A stretch of DNA of 64,000 nt from Eledone cirrhosa. Taxonomy: Eukaryota. The DNA is taken from contig OZ024741.1 of the NCBI GenBank assembly GCA_964016885.1, positions 235,290,001 to 235,354,000 of the forward strand, in the 5' to 3' direction. The translations under genes and the position numbers were made by a program. The notes beneath the pieces were generated by a model that was not told where the DNA came from, searched no databases, and saw only the letters and a program-made list of their open reading frames with translations. Of the stretch, positions 15,340 through 27,569 are shown one piece after another (the first letter of the stretch is position 1; each line of letters opens with the position of its first letter).

Positions 15340-17920
15340 GAGAAGTTGTCATGTCTTTTGACGCAAACCGAAGGGTACTCCCAACCTCTTGTTTGGCAAG
15401 CTTTCTACAGTTGGATGCTCTTCCTAACACCAATCATTTTACACTATGTACTGGGGGCTTTTATTGTGTAGATTACCATCTCTAGGGAGTTTGTCATGTT
15501 CTTAACATCAGGGCTCTGTTCTTAGCCCCCTACTATTTATTATTGCCCTTCAGGCTATAACAGAGGAGTTCAAGACCGGCTGCCCATGGGAACTCCTATA
15601 CGCAGATGATCTAACGCTCATAGCTGAATCAATGACCGAACTAGAGAAGAAATTCCAAACATGGAAGCACGGCCTAGAATCAAAAGGCCTTAAAATTAAC
15701 CTGGCTAAGACTAAAGTTCTAGTTTGTAGGAAAGAAAATAAGGCGGCAGTCCCATCTGGGAAATGGCCATGCTCAGTGTGTAGGAAAGTCGTAGGTAGAA
15801 ACTCCATTTTATGTCCCAAATGCAAAGTATGGGTGCATAAAAGATGTAGTGGGATCACAGGTAAGCTAACTAAGAACATAGATTTTACATGTGGCCGGTG
15901 CTCTGGTGCAATAAGTAGCAGCAAGTGCCCACAAAATACTAGCTCCTTCAACTGCGCAGAGGGTTCTATAGAAATAGTGGACAGCTTCCGTTACCTGGGT
16001 GACAAAATCAGCAGTGGGGGAGGGTGCTCTGAAAGTACAGTAGCTAGAGTCAGAACTGGATGGAAAAAGTTCAGAGAGCTTATACCACTATTAGCCGCTA
16101 GAGGGTTCTCCCTAAAAATGAAAGGCAGGTTATATGATGCCTGCATACGAACAGCAATGCTGCATGGTAGTGAGACCTGGGCATTGTGTGCAGAGGATAT
16201 ACGCAGACTAGAGAGGAACGAAGCTTGCATGCTCCGCTGGATGTGCAATAGTAATATACATGAACGGCAAAGCATAAACGAACTAAGGAAAAAATTAGAA
16301 ATAAGAGGGATCAGATGTTGTTTACTCGAGAGAAGGCTACGCTGGTACGGTCACGTGATGCGCATGAAAGACGACAGCTGTATAACAAAGTGCAGGGCAA
16401 TAAAGATAGACGGTAGCCACGGAGTAGGCAGACCCAGAAAAACATGGGACGAGCTGATAAATTCCGACCTCACACGCTTACACCTCTCCAAGACAATGTC
16501 ACTGGACCGAGACCTTTGGCGGTACTCAGTAATAGAGAAGACCCGCCTTACCTAAATACAAAGTAAAAACCTACTACAGTCAGTAGGCATCTCTATCAAA
16601 ACACCCCCCCCCCGTCCCACCACCTCCGCCCCTTTCAATGTACAGTTATGTTGGTCCCACAACATCCAGGCCGAAACAAATGAGATCGTGTCACGACAAA
16701 AAACACACAGTCCACGCTGTAATGTGGCCGTGTAGGCAACACGGTAAGAACCTCCCAGTTCCACACTGTAAATGTGGTTGGTGTTAGGAAGGGCATCCAG
16801 CTGTAGAAAACCCGCCAGACAGTCCTATGCGAGCAAGACAACCACTCTTGCCTCAAGTGGGAAAACCCCACGTCCAAACCCATGCAAGCGTGGAACACGG
16901 ACGCTAAACCTGATGATGATGATGATGATGATTAACACAACTAAAGGGTCCTCCCAACACTTTGTTTGGCAAGCTTTCTACGGCTGGATGCCCTTCCTAA
17001 CACCAACCACTTTACAGCATGTACTGGGTGCGTTTCTTGTTTAGATTACCAATACTAGAGAGGTTGTATCTTTGACACAACTAAAGGGTCCTCTCAATCC
17101 TTTGCAGCATGATTTCTACAGCAAGGTGTCCTTCCTGTCACCAACCACCCTTACAGAGTGTACCGGGTGAATTTTCGTGACACCATCACAGTTGGTCATA
17201 TACTCAACTGTAGAGCCCACTCTGCTCTGGGGAGAGAGATAGGTATGAAATTATAGTAAGGGGTAGGGTTGGCTGATTAGTGTATGGGGAAAGGAGATGT
17301 AGGGGCGTGGTGGATGCGGTCAATAGAATGGGAGGGCATGGGGGAGAAATAAGTAAAGGGGTAAGGGCTGGTAGTGGGGGAGGGGATGAACAAGGGGTAA
17401 AGAGAATAGCTACAAGGGTGCAATGATGAGGATATCTAAGGGCTTTAGAGTGGGGTAATCATCTTACAGCTGTTTTCTTAGCTGGCTTCTTTGGCCAAGT
17501 TGTTACAAACCAAGTCAAAACTTAATTGGAACTATATCCTAGGCACACCAGAAGCCATAACTTGCTTGCAAACGTTAAGGTTCAGGTATGGTTTCTGCAG
17601 TTGAATACATTTCTTAATACCAATCACTTTACACAGTGTATTGGATGCATATTATCATGGCACCAGCACAAAAGGTCGTCTCATCCTTGACATTACTGAA
17701 GAGTTCTCTCAACCCTTTTTAGCATTGTTCTATGACTGAATGCCTTTCCCAACACCAACCACTTTACACTGTGTACTGAGTGCATTTTATCATGACACCA
17801 GCACTAAAGAGATTGTGAGGTCTTTGACTTCACAGAAAAGCTTCCTAACTCTATGTTGTTACCAGTTGAATATCAACCACTTCACAGAGTGTACTGCATT
17901 CAATTTATAGAGACACTAAC
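15340..17920. repeat. Decayed tandem array of about 125-135 bp units, interrupted by an RTE insertion
   Basis: Recurrent tttgacacaactaaagggtcctc...ggatgcccttcctaacaccaaccactttacag at about 15355, 16935, 17070, 17685 and 17822. Confidence 0.55.
15508..16931 (+). mobile_element. Young 5'-truncated RTE LINE with open RT C-terminal frame, PHD-like insert, (GAT)n tail and candidate 6-bp TSD
   Basis: HQGSVLSPLLF and YADDL motifs, with the frame open to the stop at 16555. TTAACA occurs at 15502-15507 and 16932-16937. Confidence 0.92.
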
Positions 17921-17959
17921 ACTAAGGAGATGAATGGTACATTGTTCTGTCTTTCTGCA

Positions 17960-18228
17960 GTCTTATTTCAAATTCCTCTGGGGTCAACTTTGCTTTTCAT
18001 CCTTTTGAAGTCGATAAATAAAGTACGAGTCAAGGGTGGGTGGATTTACAATGTTGTCAAAGGAAAAGCAAATGCCAATACAGCTTCATTTTGGCTAGCT
18101 GAGTGAACTGGACAATATGAAATAAAGTGTCTTGCTCAAGAACATAATGTGCAGCCTGGTTCAAAAATCAAACTCATGACCTTATGATCATGAGCCCAGC
18201 ATTTTAACCACTAAACCACATTCCTTCA
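17960..18228. mobile_element. Two tRNA-derived SINE fragments in opposite orientation
   Basis: A + strand piece (ttcaaattcc...gcttttcatcctt...gtcgataaataaagtac) resembles 36460-36633. A - strand piece at about 18095-18228 has A/B-box remnants. Confidence 0.55.
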
Positions 18229-18339
18229 CATGTATGAGTGTTTGTATATTAGTTTATCTCTTCTCTCCCCTTTGCATTTGACATTGCAAACAGTGAGATT
18301 TGTTTATGCTTTACACAGAGATTCCACTGCTTAGAAGTT

Positions 18340-20405
18340 AGGCATGCAAAGATCCATAGCTGACTGGCAACTTCAATGGACATGTTGGGCAGCATCAGCA
18401 TGACTATTTTGGAGTGTCTGGTGGCTATGGATATAACTCAAGGTATGAAGGGGGATCAAGGCTCCCAGAATTCTACAATGACCAAGCAACTTGCAACTCT
18501 AACTTTAGAAAACTGGCCAGCTATTTGCTCACCTACCAATCAAGTGATCTCACAAACCAGAGTGACTTCATGCTCATTAGAAAATTAGATAGACAGATAG
18601 TTATAGAATTCAATGTCTTTTCTTTGAGAAGAAGGCATAGACTAGTTATTAGCAATGTCAGAATAAGAACTAGATGGAAGCATAAATTTAGGACAATCTG
18701 GAGTATGAAAGCTAAAAGACTTTTCTGTTAAATACAGGTCCAGAAAAGCTCTACATGATGCATGTAACATGTGGGAGGAGGAGATATATGTGACATAAAG
18801 GATAACTAGAAGTTTCTACACGACAACATAACTAGAAGCTACTGTTCAAATCTGGAGCTGGAGGAAAGTACCAGCCAGATAACTGGTGACCTGGTGTGGT
18901 ACAGCATTGTAGATAGTCATTAAAGCTAAGAGACAGACATCATAGAAAGACTGAAAAAAAAAATAGGGGCAACAAAGAACTACATCAAATAGCTAAAAGA
19001 GAAGCTAGACAATAGGTTTACATAGCATGTAGAGAAGCTGAAAGCAGCAATGTGTCAGTGTAAATCAAGATATTGAAGAGAAGTGTGTTTGAAATGACAC
19101 TGATGCACTTAATCACACCAACACCCAGAAGAAAGGGACCTGGAAATGTTAAGAGTTTGATGAATGTGGAGCATGAATGGAAAGAAGAAAGACTACTCTC
19201 AGTAGACTCAACAGAACAACTGGTTATTGAAATTGACAGTTACAAGGTCAAAGAAGCAACCAGAGAGATGAAAAATTGAAAAGTAGTTGGACCAGAGATA
19301 GTCACTGAGTTGTTGAAATCTATTCAGGAAGTAGGAGTCAACTTAGTCAATAAGATAATACATGGTGTCATACCCAATGACTGGTGTAGTAATTATCAAT
19401 TCTTACAAGAAATGAAGCAACTACAGAGATATAAAACTGATGAATCAAGTTATAAACATGACAGAAAGACTTCTAGCACAACTAATTAGGAAGAGTCAAA
19501 TTAGTTTTGTGTCAAGGAGTACCACAGATGCACACTTAATGAGACAACTACAAGAGAAGTTCCTAGTTAGTTATAAGACAATATTTAGCTTTTGTTGATC
19601 TGGAACAGAGTATTCCAATTTGTCAACTGGTAGTTCTTCAGGAATCTGGATATAGATGAATGGCTTATGAAAGCAGAGCAAGCTATGTACAGAGGAGCTT
19701 TCAATACATTTAGAGTAGGTGATGGCTTTAGTGAGGAATTCAATGTGTAGATAGGTGTTCATCAGGTCTCAGTTCATTTCTGTTTATTATAGTTCTCCAG
19801 ACCATAACAGAGGAGTTTAACACTGGTTGTCTATGAGAACTTCAGTATGCTGGTTCTTATTGCTATATCTATGGAAGAGCTACAAAAGAGATTTGTATCG
19901 TGGGAACAGAAGTTAGAATCAAAAAGGCTTAGAGTAAATTTAACAAAGATGAAAGTTTTAGTAAGTAGGAAAGAAGACGAGACTTCGATTCCAACAATAA
20001 AATGGTGTTGCGTGATATGTAGAAAAGGAATAGGTAGGAACTCTATATAATATACAAAATGTAGAATATGGGTATAAAAGAGATGTAGTGGGATAGCAAG
20101 CAGGCTAATAGAAAAGGTGGACTTTGTATATGGCAGGTGCACAGAGATAGTTGGTAATAAGAGCACCAATTTTTTCAGTTCCTAGAAGGCTCTATAGAAG
20201 TAGTTGATAGCTTCTGCAACCTATGTAACCAAATTAGCAATGGAGGCAATTATTCTGAAAGCATAGTAGTTACAAAAAAACAGGATGGAAAAAGTTCAGG
20301 GAACTACTGCTTCTGTTGACAAAGAATAGATTTTATGATGCCTGCACGAGAAGTGCAATGTCACATGACAGAGAAATGAAGTTAGCATGCTCCTCCGGAT
20401 TGTGT
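18340..20405 (+). mobile_element. Old, heavily mutated RTE LINE (APE endonuclease C-terminus through RT)
   Basis: GNFNGHVG, GGYGYNSR, CNSNFRK and DFMLIR (APE), then GVHQ, ESKRLRVNLTKMKVL and CRKGIGRNSI. Many stops. Confidence 0.8.
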
Positions 20406-20452
20406 GATAATGATGCCTATGGGTGATGATTATTGGACTTGTCCAACCTATG

Positions 20453-20498
<46 letters not shown>

Positions 20499-23345
20499 CA
20501 AAAGAATGGAGAATAACATGGTCGGCTGTACAATAGGGTTTATTTACAGTATTAACAATATATATATATATATTGTTCAATTGACATATTATAGAAACAA
20601 AGATCATTGGAGACATTAAGGAGGGATCATTTTCCATCACAAGTAATACAACTCCCTTAACAGGAACAGTATGAAAGTTAGACACAGCTGCATGACCAAC
20701 ATAGGAATTATCATACAAAGCCACAACCATAAATTAATCAATGAATCCCTGATGAAAGGTATTTCATATAGTTTCAAAATATCAGTAAGTAAAGGTAAGT
20801 ATGACCAGCTTCATTAAATTATGAAAAGAAGCTTATTGAAAAACAACCAAAACTTACAATATAGCAATAGCTTGTGCAATTTAAAATGTAGAACACAACA
20901 ACTCTATCCAAATGTAATTGGACACAAAGGGGGATAGATAAGCATATTCTGGTAAATTATGGAATCTGAATATATAAACAATGCTTGACGGAAAAAACAA
21001 TCAAATATTAGGAAAAATAAGAGACCTTCCATAAAAGAAAGGAACTGGTTACCAAATGCATATACAAAAATCAATGTGTGTATATATGCACACACACATA
21101 GACAAGTACGCCCATACACACACAGACAGACGCACGCACACACACACATACACACAGTTGGATGCGGTATTCTGAACTGTAGTCATAACATACCTACAGT
21201 ATATTTAATAATCAGCCTTATATCGAGCTATCGTCATAATTATTTAATGTGGTGGAGACAAATAGAAAAGGGACGAGATTTCTTTCTTTAATTTTTCCAT
21301 GTATCTCTATATCAAAATAACGGCAATAAAAAGTGAAAGTAAAATTCTGTTGGAACAGAAAGCAAGGAGATAGGTATAGTATAACGATATTAGGAATGAA
21401 GTGCATGTAAAATAAATATAATACATGCAGCATATATATAAGTGTACTGATGTGAAATATATAAAAATTTACATACAAGTAGTTAACTGCATATTGGCGT
21501 TTGAAATAAAATTTGCGAATACTATTTGACAGCCTTAAAATATATTTCTCCACATATGAGCCCCATAGACATATAGTTCGTTTGTAACTAAGTAAAGGAT
21601 CTTATATACTAGTATAGTACCCATGAAAAATGACAAGGTACAAAGTGAAAAGTATTTAATTTAATAATTCCTTGATTAGAACATTCTATGTAAAGCTGTT
21701 TGAATCCTCAATTTTCCTTGACTGTCGACCTGATAATTGTCGTATTTCAATTTACATTCATCTAAATCAATTAAATAAATACTTTTCTTCGATATTTTCT
21801 TTAATCATTATTGATCATATACCTCCACTAAATTACGATAACTTCGTTCTATCTATCTATCTGTATGTATGTATGAGCTAACCTTATACTGCCTATTGGA
21901 TAAGTGGAGTGTTACACACTCCTGATCCTCTCCCTTATATACTGTATGTATGTATGTACATCCGTCCGTCTGCCAGTTTGTCTATCTATCTATGGACGGC
22001 TGTGGGAATTTCTGATTTGTTGTCGTTTTTGTTATTGTCCAAAGATAGATCCGTTGGTAAATATACATAAACAAGTAACAATAGATTGATAACCAGACAG
22101 ACAGATAGCTAACTAGCTAGATAGATAATGTAGGTAGGCTCATGATTTTACTCACGAATCATGAAAACACGTGTGGAGTTAGTCAGCTGAACTGTAGTTT
22201 AAAAAGTGCTGGTCAGAAAAGGACTCATATATTAAAGAATTACAAGAGGGGAGATAAGCATCGTGGAATTAGAATTTCTGTGTGTGTGTGTGTGTTAGTT
22301 TGTAACGGCTGTGAAAGTATAAAAGTCGTGATGTGCATAGACTATGACATAAGTGAAAGGCTGTTGCCTATGTAATGTCCAGCAGAGTGTGTGACAGAAG
22401 CTGACCTGTTATGTATGCGCACGCACATATGTGAGCTCTGTCAACTGTATATACATACTTATGTGTACGCTACAAACACACACAAGTAGAAACGATCATT
22501 TTGTGGTACATTTCATATGCTCCCCATATACGTCTCTATTCTGAATAATGCTGTATTAGTATCACTGCTAATATGAGCCCGTCAAGCACGCACTATATGC
22601 AAATTAGCATCCCCATAAATGTATTGTTGGCAAAACATTATATATCAGCTATCAGCTGAGTGAATAAACGTCACTGATAATGGATAAAAACCATGAAACA
22701 CTGGTATTTGGTGTTCTCATACAGTTATTAAGGCAGCAGTGACGTGACCACAGCTTCATATATCCACAGTGAGACTTATGTATGTTTATTATGCATAAAC
22801 ATTGTATATACTTCCATATACGCCTCTATTCTGAATTACGCTGTGTTAATGACTTTGCTCGATACGTAGAAAAGGAGTAGGTAGAAACTCTATGTGATGA
22901 GCATAATATAAATCGTGTTAGTCTACCTGCTTCCTACTACACCTCAGGTAGACTAACAGTAAAGGTTGATTTGTAAGTAGTAAATGTAAAGGGATAGTTG
23001 GTAGCAGTGGCGGACTGGGTCTAAAAATATTGGTTGCCAGGAGATGAAGGGGGCCCACCTACATATAGAATGCTATCATTTAATTTCTATAATGAATAAA
23101 TAACATTTTCAAAAAATACATAAGTGGAAACAAAACAGTGCAATCAAATTTTTGCGGGAAAATATCTTACCTTCTCCAATAAAAAATATTATGTATTTTG
23201 CGAAATCCAGAGACTTTCAATAATGACCAGAAGTCGACCCGAAATATTACTTATAGGTCTAGGAAAGCCATGAGCGGCACCACATGTTTTTAACTTTGAT
23301 TTTGAAAGTAGGTTTATAATTATCAATTTTCATTATACTTTCGTA

Positions 23346-23451
23346 GCTGTCTCGTTGGCCTAGTTGGGGGAATCATAGACGATGGTGATCCTGGTCTGAA
23401 GTTCGATCCTGGTCGGGAGTAGGGTTTCCGATAAACCTTTTCAGTTTTTTT
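23346..23451 (+). promoter_or_regulatory. tRNA-like Pol III unit (A box, B box, T-run) inside the hAT element
   Basis: A box TGGCCTAGTTGG at 23356-23367, B box GTTCGATCC at 23401-23409, T-runs at 23438-23451. Confidence 0.55.
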
Positions 23452-23462
23452 CTATTGGTTGT

Positions 23463-23566
23463 AAAATAAAAACTGAAAAAGTTTACATGTACCTCGTGAC
23501 CAGGATTGAACCCAAGGCTAAGATCTCCACCGTCTCTAGCACCTACCGCTAGCCCACAGAGACAAC
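23463..23566 (-). promoter_or_regulatory. Second, convergent tRNA-like Pol III unit inside the hAT element
   Basis: Minus-strand A box TGGGCTAGCGG (23546-23556), B box GGTTCAATCC (23503-23512), then T-runs. Confidence 0.55.
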
Positions 23567-24834
23567 TACGAAAAAAATCTAATGAAAATTCATACTTATA
23601 AACCTACTTTCAAAATTTTCAAAACAAAGTGTTGTGGTGTCGTTCATGTCTTTCTTAATGTTATTGCTCCTACTTAAGGTCGACTTCTAAATTATTTGGG
23701 TGTTCCATAAACTACATCCTCGTTTTGTTTCATTTGCATGAATGAATACACTAAGCTTTAGATTTAGTAGAATGTACAACCACTTATTCCAGCTATTTGC
23801 ACTATCATATATTTTGGTTTCTAGTGATTCCCTGGTAAATTGGTTGACCAAATGCTTTGCTTAATTATTTTTATTTTATTTTATTCTTTCTCTTAGCTTT
23901 CAGGTATTTTTTGAAAGCAAAGCATTGGCCCCTAAAATACTACAGTGGGCCCTGCAATGCTACTGTGAGCTCTTGCAATGCTACCGTGGGCCCCCTGGGG
24001 CCCACTTGCCATTGGGCAACCTGGCAACCTGGCAACCTTGCCAGTCCGCCACTGGTTGGTAGTAAGAACATCACTAAAATAAACTTTTCCCAGTCCGGTA
24101 AAGATCCATAGAAGTTGTTGATAGCTTCCTGCTACCCATGTGATCAAATTAACAGTGGGGGAGGTTGTTCTGAGGGCATAGTAGATAGAATAAGAATAGA
24201 ATAGGGAATAGAAAAAGTTCAGGGAGCTACTACCTCGATTGACAAGAAAACATTTCTGCGAACGAAAGGCCAGCTATATGATGCCTACGTGCAATGTGCG
24301 ATGTGACATGGTAGTGAGATATGGGCAGTAAATGCAGAGGATATGCAAAGGTTGAAGAGAAATGAAGTGCGAATGCTTCGATAAAGGTGCAATGTTAATA
24401 TGCGTGAAGGACAAAGCATGGATGAGCTGAGAGAAAAACAGGCTTTGGGAGAAATCAGATGTAGCGTGTAAGAGAGAAGAATGCGCTAGTATGCATATGT
24501 GATGCATATGGATGATGATCATTGGGTGAAGAGGTGTCAAGAAATCCCAGTGAAATGATGCCACAGTAGAGGGAGACCAAGGAAGACCTGGGTGGAGGTG
24601 GGTACAACTGATCTCAAATTGTTGAAGTTCCCGGAGAAGATGACGAAGGACCGTAACGAGTGGAGAGATGCTGTACTGGAAAAGACCCTTGCAGCATGAG
24701 AAAGTGGAAGTAAAACAATGATTATGTATGTATATGTGTATGTATGTATGCACGTATGTATGTATGTTAGTATAAATGTGAGTGCATATATATATACATA
24801 TATGTGTGTGTGTGTGTGTGTGTGTATATATTTA

Positions 24835-25710
24835 TATCAGATTGGAGGCGGTAAAAACCAGTTAGACCATTACTCACCAGAGTACTTGATACTTGGGATA
24901 GTAGAGTGGATAATATGAAAAAATTCAGACAATGGCTGTAACATCTTTCTTTTCCCCACTTGCCGGACAAGATAGGGGAAACCCCAGCTTACATAGGTAG
25001 ATGTAATACTTTTCTTTTTTTCTTTTATTTCTTCGTCTCACTTCCTTCCACCCCCTCTCCTCTTCCTTTTCCTTTTTCCTCTTTCGCTTACCCTGAGGCA
25101 GCCCATCGAGTTTTTGTAGCCTCAGTACCCCTACCCCCGTGAAATCTATGTAGCATTGGCTGAAAACACAACACCAGCTAAAAATATAGCAGTTGTTTCC
25201 TTTTTTAGGGGGGTGCATCGTTAGTGATATTTTACCGTTATGAGAAGAAGCCCCGGGGTACTGAATTAGATGTATTTTATTATTCCTGGTTTTCTTGTTT
25301 TAGACTCTTATTCTTTAATTTTATAATTTCCCATCTTTCAGATTCCTGTATAATTCTATTTTCACTTGCTGTTTAGCTAGCCTACTTTATCCACACTCTT
25401 TAGAAATAGCTGTATAGAATTTACTTTTAACGCTTGACCGGCTTCACCCACTCCCTCTTTGTTCTACAGGCAAGTTCAGCCACCCCACCGCTACCCGTCG
25501 CCATGAAAGATTTAACTGTGTTTACAAAGAACTTTGACCACTCCTTTTGATAACTACAACCTTCAGAAATGCCTGACTATCGCATACCCATATATGGAAT
25601 TACTCCTTGAAGAGATCTGTTATATCAACACCACACTAAAAATTTAATTTAGTCCAGAAATAGCTGTCGAAACGGCTTGAACTCTGCCGTCGGGATTCTG
25701 ACTATTTCCC
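24835..25710. mobile_element. Non-coding PLE-terminus-like element with a degenerate HHR 3' half
   Basis: Termini shared with 8972-9154. Contains GAAAU-AGCU-GUC at about 25657-25668 and is flanked by TA repeats. Confidence 0.45.
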
Positions 25711-25845
25711 TATATATATATAGAGAGAGAGATTCTTTATCTGAAAACGTGTGTTGAAACCGATATTGTTATACTTTGGGAGGGTCATGTTGCCAATAAG
25801 AAACACACGCACCAGTTGCTTTCACTTCATATATATATATATATT

Positions 25846-26429
25846 TGAATAAAAATAGACAAGGGTTAAAATGTCCTCTTCAGTAGTCTTCTGATTTATC
25901 GTTGGTATTTCGACGCATTAAAGACTAGATACCTAAAATCAGTGCGAGCGATAACTCAATTAAGTTATCGGGACAGGGGGAAAACGGAGGGAAGAAAACA
26001 AACACATGGTGGTATGCAACGAAAAGAGAGGAAAAATAGAGACAAGTCAATGAATCACGTGGGCATAAGCCCGACATCTCAAATTGACGAGGAGAAATAG
26101 ACACGTCCGAGCTGCGAGAAGATTGAGAGAGGAAAGAAATTCAAGCAGGTCAGACGGGAGGAAGTGAGAGGGGGGAGAAGCAGAGAGGGAGTGAGTGAAA
26201 GTGGGAGGAAGGACGAGCCGAGAGTGAGTGACCAGCAGCAGGAGTTGAGGAAGGCAAGAGGTGAAGGGGAGAGAAGGGGTGATAGCAAAAGGTTCAGAAA
26301 ATATACGAACCACGGCGAAGGGAAGAATTATGTGAATGAAAAATGGCGTGCTGCGTTGTTGCGAACATGAATATATGAATAAAAATAGATAAGGGTTAAA
26401 ATGTCCTCTTCAGTAGTCTTCTGATTTAT
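25846..26429. repeat. Partial tandem unit: 54-bp direct repeats 530 bp apart, between (TA)n tracts
   Basis: tgaataaaaatagaYaagggttaaaatgtcctcttcagtagtcttctgatttat at 25846 and 26376. Confidence 0.8.
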
Positions 26430-26471
26430 ATATATATATATTTATATATATACGTATATATATATATATAC

Positions 26472-26524
<53 letters not shown>

Positions 26525-26680
26525 AATATACACGGGTGTGTATGGTTGCGTATAGAAGATTATATTAATAAAAGGAATTCCAACTTTGTCTGATTTACTC
26601 GTTTTATTCACAATTCTTTGAAATTTATAATGGTATTAGAATGAAATAGTATGGCAGAATATTAAATGTTAAGTGTTAAT

Positions 26681-26719
26681 TGAACAAGTACTTTCATGCT
26701 TTCGCAATCTTCAGGTTCA
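26681..26719 (-). ncRNA. Minimal type I hammerhead ribozyme motif
   Basis: UGAAC-CUGAAGA-uugc(gaaa)gcau-GAAAG-UA-CUU-GUUCA, with palindromic AAGUACUU. Confidence 0.7.
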
Positions 26720-26814
26720 TAATGTGTGGTGACAGTCAAGTTTGCAATTTTCAACAGTTGAAAATTGCAAATTTGACTGTCACCATTAATTATAAAATTA
26801 ACTTACTTACTAAA

Positions 26815-27505
26815 ATATTTTAGTAAGTAAGTTAATTTTATAATTTTCTTATCTTACGTCTCTTATATTATTGTTCTGCAACCCCATGCATTGAACCACA
26901 ATGTTATTAAGACAAAGCTTATATATTTGCTAGCATCGATATGCATTTGTATGTATATATATGTTACTAGATATAAATTCTTTATTATTATCTCCAAAAT
27001 ATTTGTCGAGCAATACTGGCCATGACTGCTGCTACGGTAGTAGGCTGGCCGCTGTCTTATTAACAACCCACTTGCCACCGATTGACCTCGATGTCACGTG
27101 TTCGATTCTTTTTGAATTTGCCACAGACACAGAGGCAGTGATTTTCACAATGGCTAGGAAGTAAGTCCACGCTTTGCTATTTCCTATTCACTGATTTATT
27201 TTTTTAATAAGCTTCCAGAGTCCTCGCTTTGCCTGGAAACTTATATGAGAATAGACTTTCCTGATGACGGGATGTTTCTCAACACCTTCTTCGGAAGATG
27301 TATCTACTCCATTCCAGAAACTAATTAGTTGGAAGTGATATTTTAGTAAGTAAGTTAATTTTATAATTTTCTTATCTTACGTCTCTTATATTATTGTTCT
27401 GCAACCCCATACATTGAACCACAATGTTATTAAGACAAAGCCTATATATTTGCTAGCATCGATATGCATTTGTATGTATATATATGTTACTAGATATAAA
27501 TTCTT

Positions 27506-27511
<6 letters not shown>
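26815..27511 (+). mobile_element. Retrozyme/PLE-like non-coding unit, 523-nt period, about 1.33 copies
   Basis: 174-bp direct repeats at 26815-26988 and 27338-27511. An HHR lies immediately before the second copy. Confidence 0.7.
27255..27336 (+). ncRNA. Type I hammerhead ribozyme motif with extended stem II
   Basis: ACUUUC-CUGAUGA-cgggaug...cuuc(UUCG)gaag...cauucca-GAAAC-UAAUUA-GUU-GGAAGU. Confidence 0.75.

Positions 27512-27569
<58 letters not shown>

Larger units (their letters stand above)
23005..24054. mobile_element. Non-autonomous hAT-superfamily DNA transposon (1050 bp)
   Basis: Perfect 14-bp TIRs CAGTGGCGGACTGG / CCAGTCCGCCACTG. Exact 8-bp TSD GTTGGTAG at 22997-23004 and 24055-24062. 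No transposase ORF. Confidence 0.93.
22860..24725 (+). mobile_element. Decayed RTE 3' fragment split by a hAT insertion
   Basis: RKGVGRNS before the insertion; IEVVDSF, LYDA, LKRNEVRMLR and RGRPRKTW after it. Confidence 0.75.

Noticed and set aside
20690-20960. CTGATGA at about 20749 as a hammerhead, within a possible Penelope remnant
   Set aside because: There is no properly placed GAAA...NUH or stems. The MTNIGIIIQSHNHKL similarity is too short for a confident call.
23346-23566. Two bona fide tRNA genes
   Set aside because: A/B boxes are present, but I could not build convincing cloverleafs, and both lie inside a transposon.
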